Assembly (NCBI GenBank): GCA_019058315.1
Contig: JAHPZH010000009.1
Span: 108,505-140,504, forward strand
Reading direction: 5' to 3'
Source of the DNA: Candidatus Helarchaeota archaeon
Lineage (GTDB): Archaea > Asgardarchaeota > Lokiarchaeia > Helarchaeales > RDOG01
Length of the DNA stretch: 32,000 nt
In this document: positions 28,768-32,000 of the stretch, in pieces
Layout of the letters: each line of letters opens with the position of its first letter
Position numbering within the stretch: position 1 is the first letter of the stretch
Notes under the pieces: generated by a model
Told to the model about the DNA's origin: nothing
Databases searched by the model: none
Seen by the model: the letters and a program-made list of their open reading frames with translations, nothing else
Translations under genes and position numbers: made by a program

Positions 28768-28787
28768 CTTTTCACCGTAGAGTCTTA

Positions 28788-29066
28788 TTAAACTTGAGAT
28801 CTAACACGTTTAATTGTTCTAAAAGCCTTTTTTCCTTCATCAGTCATAGGTATCCAAGCTCCACCAGAAAAAACTATTTTACATTTTTTACAACGCCAGA
28901 TTCCTATTGATATCCGCTTCACGGATTTTGTTCTACATTGAGGACATTTATGAGGTGCTTTCATCCTTTCTTCGACTTTTTTTACTCTTTTCCGAACAAT
29001 AGCACCATATCTTGGACCAAATCTTCCTGTAATTCCGACTTTTTTCGTTCTTCCCAATTTTATCAC
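28788..29066 (-). CDS. rpl37ae: Ribosomal protein eL43 (L37Ae)
   Basis: 92 aa. It has GRTKKVGITGRFGPRYG and the zinc ribbon CPQC...W.CKKC. Confidence 0.95.
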   Translation of the reverse strand: MIKLGRTKKVGITGRFGPRYGAIVRKRVKKVEERMKAPHKCPQCRTKSVKRISIGIWRCKKCKIVFSGGAWIPMTDEGKKAFRTIKRVRSQV

Positions 29067-29102
29067 TTATTGAATTTGAAGGAAATTTTCACTTAATTAA
29101 TT

Positions 29103-29915
29103 TTAGGGTAGGTATTGAAATAATTCTTTCGATTTTTCTAATGTAATCTCAACACATTTTATAATTTCGTCTTTAGTAAAAATACCTTCTCTACCTTTTT
29201 GTATGCTACAAATATTTCCAGATTCATCTACTGTAATTGTAATGCGTGCATCCATTATGCGATCCTCTTGTTCATTTGGATCAACCAGCAATTTATCTCC
29301 TATCTTTGCTATTGTAACTGAAACTGCTTTATTGGAAAATGGGAGGGATAACCAATCTGCTTTTTTGTATTGTTCACCTAAAACTTCCACTTTATTATCA
29401 ACAATCTCAGTCCTTGGCATTTTTGCAGAAAGTAAAGCTGCCACTCCTGCTAATGTTCCCGCATCAAACATATTTCCATCATAAGATAAAACATATAAAT
29501 CAATAAAAATGATAAAAACTTGTTCGCCAGGAATTAAGCATAATTTAGAATAATCTACTATTTCTGAATGACGAATTCCTCTGTCAACTACACGTGCAAC
29601 CTCAACAGAATCTTCATTTGGTGGTCCTGGTTCGAATATAGGGGATGCAAGAGCTGTAAGCTCGGCATTAACAGTGATTACTCCCCTATCAGGAGTATCT
29701 GGAAATGGAGGTCCAAGTGAAATCTTTACACCTGCAATAATATCTGTATTTCCAATTTTAACACGTGCTGACCCCTCAGCTTTTAGTATTACATCTGTCT
29801 CTACAGATATTTTTCGATAATCTAAAAAATTCCTTCCGTCTATTCTCTGATCCTTTTTTACTAGAGAATTTATATGAGATTTTTCAATTTCAGAAATAAT
29901 TTTAAAAGATTCCAT
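29103..29915 (-). CDS. rrp42: Exosome complex component Rrp42 (RNase PH-like, non-catalytic)
   Basis: 270 aa. The sequence is R.DGR....YR....ET.V...A.GSARVK.GNT. Its position is directly downstream of rrp41, with a TAATG stop/start overlap. Confidence 0.9.
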   Translation of the reverse strand: MESFKIISEIEKSHINSLVKKDQRIDGRNFLDYRKISVETDVILKAEGSARVKIGNTDIIAGVKISLGPPFPDTPDRGVITVNAELTALASPIFEPGPPNEDSVEVARVVDRGIRHSEIVDYSKLCLIPGEQVFIIFIDLYVLSYDGNMFDAGTLAGVAALLSAKMPRTEIVDNKVEVLGEQYKKADWLSLPFSNKAVSVTIAKIGDKLLVDPNEQEDRIMDARITITVDESGNICSIQKGREGIFTKDEIIKCVEITLEKSKELFQYLP

Positions 29916-30738
29916 TATATATCCTCCTCCTTTGATATTTCAGTTTCAATTTCTTTATCAAGTTGACTATATTTTCCCTTTATCGTCTGAATTTGAATTT
30001 CATTTAATTTTTCAATTCCTTTTTCAGCAATATCCAAGGCTTTACGCATTTCATCAAATGTTATTTGACCATCAAATTGCAAAAGTGTATATGATTTAGA
30101 TCGTGGCATCATTGCAATTGGTAAATCTCCCAAACCTTCTTTATCTTCAACATCCGATAAATCTAGAACTAATGTGGGTGGATCAGGATTTGCAATTTTA
30201 CCTACTGCTACACCACAAACAAGGTCGCGTAATGATATTCCAGCATCCGCTAGAGCTAAAGAAGCCGCAGTAACCGCAGCACAACGTGTACCACCATCTG
30301 CACAAAGGACTTGGATAAAAACATCTATTATAGTTTTTGGATAATATTCAAGAAATATTGATGATTCCAAAGCTTGTCGTAAAATTAGCGAAAGTTCGAC
30401 TTCCCTTCTAGATGGGGCAGGAGATTTTCTCTCATCTACTTTATTCCAAATTATTCACTCGGTATAATTTAAGCGAACGTAGCCATGCGATAAAGTACTC
30501 GCAAAACTGCCGCATCTTGACGGGCTAAATGACGAGGGTGAACTTCACGTGGTCCATAAACTGCGACCAAAATTTTATTCTTTCCCATATTTATTAAAGC
30601 AGAACCATCTGCTTTTGTTAATAATCCCATCTCCATTGAGACTGGTCTTAATTCATCATATTTCCTATTATCTGTTCTTATTCCATCCCTAATTAACCAA
30701 TCAGCTGGGACTTGTTTAAAAAGTGCCATAATTATCAC
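29915..30738 (-). CDS. rrp41: Exosome complex exonuclease Rrp41 (RNase PH-like), interrupted; predicted structure is join of 30738..30473 and 30440..29915 on the minus strand (263 aa)
   Basis: The track shows two ORFs, 30469..30738 and 29915..30370, in different frames. The first ends ...LRVLYRMATFA*. Extending the second frame upstream gives VDERKSPAPSRREVELSLILRQALESSIFLEYYPKTIIDVF...ADGGTR. Together they are colinear with Rrp41 (compare Sulfolobus ...[30 protein letters not shown]...). Removing 32 nt (30441..30472) joins them in frame. Confidence 0.85.
30441..30472 (-). other. Predicted 32-nt BHB intron within the rrp41 coding sequence
   Basis: The region forms an hBHBh' motif on the minus-strand RNA.
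- Outer helix: CUAC (30482-30479) / GUAG (30439-30436).
- Central 4-bp helix: GUUC (30478-30475) / GAAU (30446-30443).
- 3-nt bulges: GCU (30474-30472) and AAA (30442-30440).
- Inner helix: UAAAUUAU (30471-30464) / AUAAUUUG (30454-30447).
- 9-nt loop: ACCGAGUGA. Confidence 0.7.
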
Positions 30739-30784
30739 CTTTTTATATATTTTTTTAATTCATATCTAAATTTCGATTTTCAAT

Positions 30785-31489
30785 TTACTTCTTCTTTTTT
30801 TCATTCTCTATCAAAATTTTTACTCTATCTGTGAGGCCAGAAGTATGTGCCTCTCGTTCAATTTTCTTAATAATTTTAATCAATAATTGTTCATCTTCTA
30901 AGTTTTTTGTAGATATCCAAACCAAACCATTTTGTCCAACTACGATTTGGCTTTTTGTTGCTTCTTTAATTAAATTTATCATAGAACCCTTTCTTCCTAT
31001 CAATCTAGGTATTTTCGCAGAAGCAATTTTTATTACTTTTCCTCCGCGCAATTTACCATATCCTTTACCTCTTATTGATAGAACAGGATCTCTTGTTCTG
31101 TTAAATGCTATTATCTCCCCCACAATAATTTGTCCGATATCAAAATAATTTTTGATATTATCTTTTAAAGGATTAAATGCTCGGTCTATTACATTTGTAA
31201 CATGTAAGGAAGCTGTATATGGAGAATCAATATCAACTTTCCAGCTAACGATGGATGTATTTATAATTTTTCCTATAACAACATCACCGACCTTAGGTAC
31301 ATAAGGTCCACTGAAGGGAACTACATATACATTATTATTTCCTCTAATCTCTGAAAACCCAATAATAGATGCATAAAGTTTATCCTCTTCCTTGTATGTT
31401 CCAAATCCTGCTCTATACTTAGAACCTTCTACAATTAATTCGCCTGGCACTACAATACGATGCCGTTCAAAACTATCTCCATTTGACAA
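30785..31489 (-). CDS. rrp4: Exosome RNA-binding subunit Rrp4 (S1 + KH domains)
   Basis: 234 aa. The N-terminal VVPGE is followed by an S1 segment (P.VGDVVIGKI......W.VDI) and a KH segment (IPRLIGRKGSMI..I.......I.VGQNG.VWI). Confidence 0.9.
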   Translation of the reverse strand: MSNGDSFERHRIVVPGELIVEGSKYRAGFGTYKEEDKLYASIIGFSEIRGNNNVYVVPFSGPYVPKVGDVVIGKIINTSIVSWKVDIDSPYTASLHVTNVIDRAFNPLKDNIKNYFDIGQIIVGEIIAFNRTRDPVLSIRGKGYGKLRGGKVIKIASAKIPRLIGRKGSMINLIKEATKSQIVVGQNGLVWISTKNLEDEQLLIKIIKKIEREAHTSGLTDRVKILIENEKKKK

Positions 31490-31517
31490 AAAAAGTCCTC
31501 CTTTATTTTTAAAACTG

Positions 31518-32000
31518 TTAAAAGAGTGTTTCCTTTAATTTCTTAATATCATGTTTACCTTTTGTTAAATTTTTAAGTTGGTCATTTAATTCAGCATGGA
31601 CACCAACAGGAAGGTCAATTAATGCTATCCATGATCCATCAGATTGCCATTCATCTTTAGAAATTGTACCATACTTTGAAACAATGCCATAAGCTTTTCC
31701 TGTATATTGAGCTGGAATTTTTACAGCAAGAGTAATTCGTTCCATTTTAATAGGGATAATTTCTGCTAATTTCTTCACAATTTTCTTTGCTTGCTCAACA
31801 ATTTCCTCATTGGAATCTATAGATATTTTTGCATCTTCCATTGCACGTTCAATGCGAGCTGGTGGATGTGGAAGCCCAGTTTTGGGATTTACACAATTAC
31901 GATTGATAAAATAAATAATTTTTTTTCTAATTTTCTCCGTAAATTCTTTTCTCATTTCAGCTGTAATGTGCAGTTCTCCATTTTTTAAAATCTCTTCTGA
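31518..32000 (-). CDS. sdo1: SBDS/Sdo1 ribosome maturation protein (partial; the N-terminus lies beyond the right edge)
   Basis: The track ORF starts at an internal Met (31955). The same frame stays open to position 32000 (SEEILKNGELHITAE-MRKEF...). The motifs FINRNCVNPKTGLPHPPARIERAMEDAK and WQSDGSW match the SBDS central and C-terminal domains. Confidence 0.85.
   Translation of the reverse strand, partial: SEEILKNGELHITAEMRKEFTEKIRKKIIYFINRNCVNPKTGLPHPPARIERAMEDAKISIDSNEEIVEQAKKIVKKLAEIIPIKMERITLAVKIPAQYTGKAYGIVSKYGTISKDEWQSDGSWIALIDLPVGVHAELNDQLKNLTKGKHDIKKLKETLF

Noticed and set aside
29915-30738. rrp41 as a frameshifted pseudogene, or as a programmed ribosomal frameshift or bypass site
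   Set aside because: - Both halves are fully conserved, with no other lesions.
- The gene sits in an intact operon with stop/start overlap to rrp42.
- The break is not a 1-2 nt slip. It is a discrete 32-nt insert whose flanks form a complete BHB motif, with the bulges exactly 32 nt apart.
A pseudogene or assembly error is still listed as the refutation case for the finding.
1-32000. CRISPR arrays, insertion sequences, integrases, prophage or defence islands
   Set aside because: I saw no direct repeat-spacer periodicity, no terminal inverted repeats and no transposase- or integrase-like ORFs. The window reads as core chromosome.

Overview
This is a strongly AT-rich, gene-dense archaeal chromosomal window. 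I call about 37 protein genes and one tRNA. I saw no rRNA, CRISPR array, transposase or integrase. Most of the window is informational housekeeping:
- DNA polymerase D large subunit and alanyl-tRNA synthetase.
- The uL11-uL1-uL10(P0)-P1 ribosomal stalk cluster.
- UMP kinase and several RNA or protein methyltransferases.
- The archaeal exosome superoperon on the right: SBDS, Rrp4, Rrp41, Rrp42, eL43, Pcc1 and prefoldin beta.

The left 4 kb is an ESCRT locus. It holds the MIT-domain N-terminus of Vps4 at the window edge, two tandem CHMP1-3-class ESCRT-III paralogs, a HerA/FtsK-type ATPase, and a divergently transcribed Snf7-class ESCRT-III. This two-class ESCRT-III set plus Vps4 and an Elf1 homolog suggests an Asgard archaeon. 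The AT-richness looks Loki-like. That placement is inference, not proof.

The strongest finding is in the exosome gene rrp41. A 32-nt insertion carrying stop codons breaks it into two ORFs in different frames. The insertion and its flanks fold into a textbook helix-bulge-helix-bulge-helix (BHB) motif, the substrate of the tRNA-splicing endonuclease. Symmetric cleavage removes exactly 32 nt and restores a colinear Rrp41. This predicts a protein-coding (pre-mRNA) BHB intron.

About 9 kb away, a tRNA-Arg(UCU) carries a 30-nt BHB intron at the non-canonical T-loop position 59/60.

Secondary leads:
- The HerA-like ATPase embedded between the ESCRT-III genes.
- The tandem ESCRT-III duplication.
- A 603-aa protein with a longin-like N-terminus, winged-helix regions and a Lys/Pro-rich segment, in an apparent three-gene operon.
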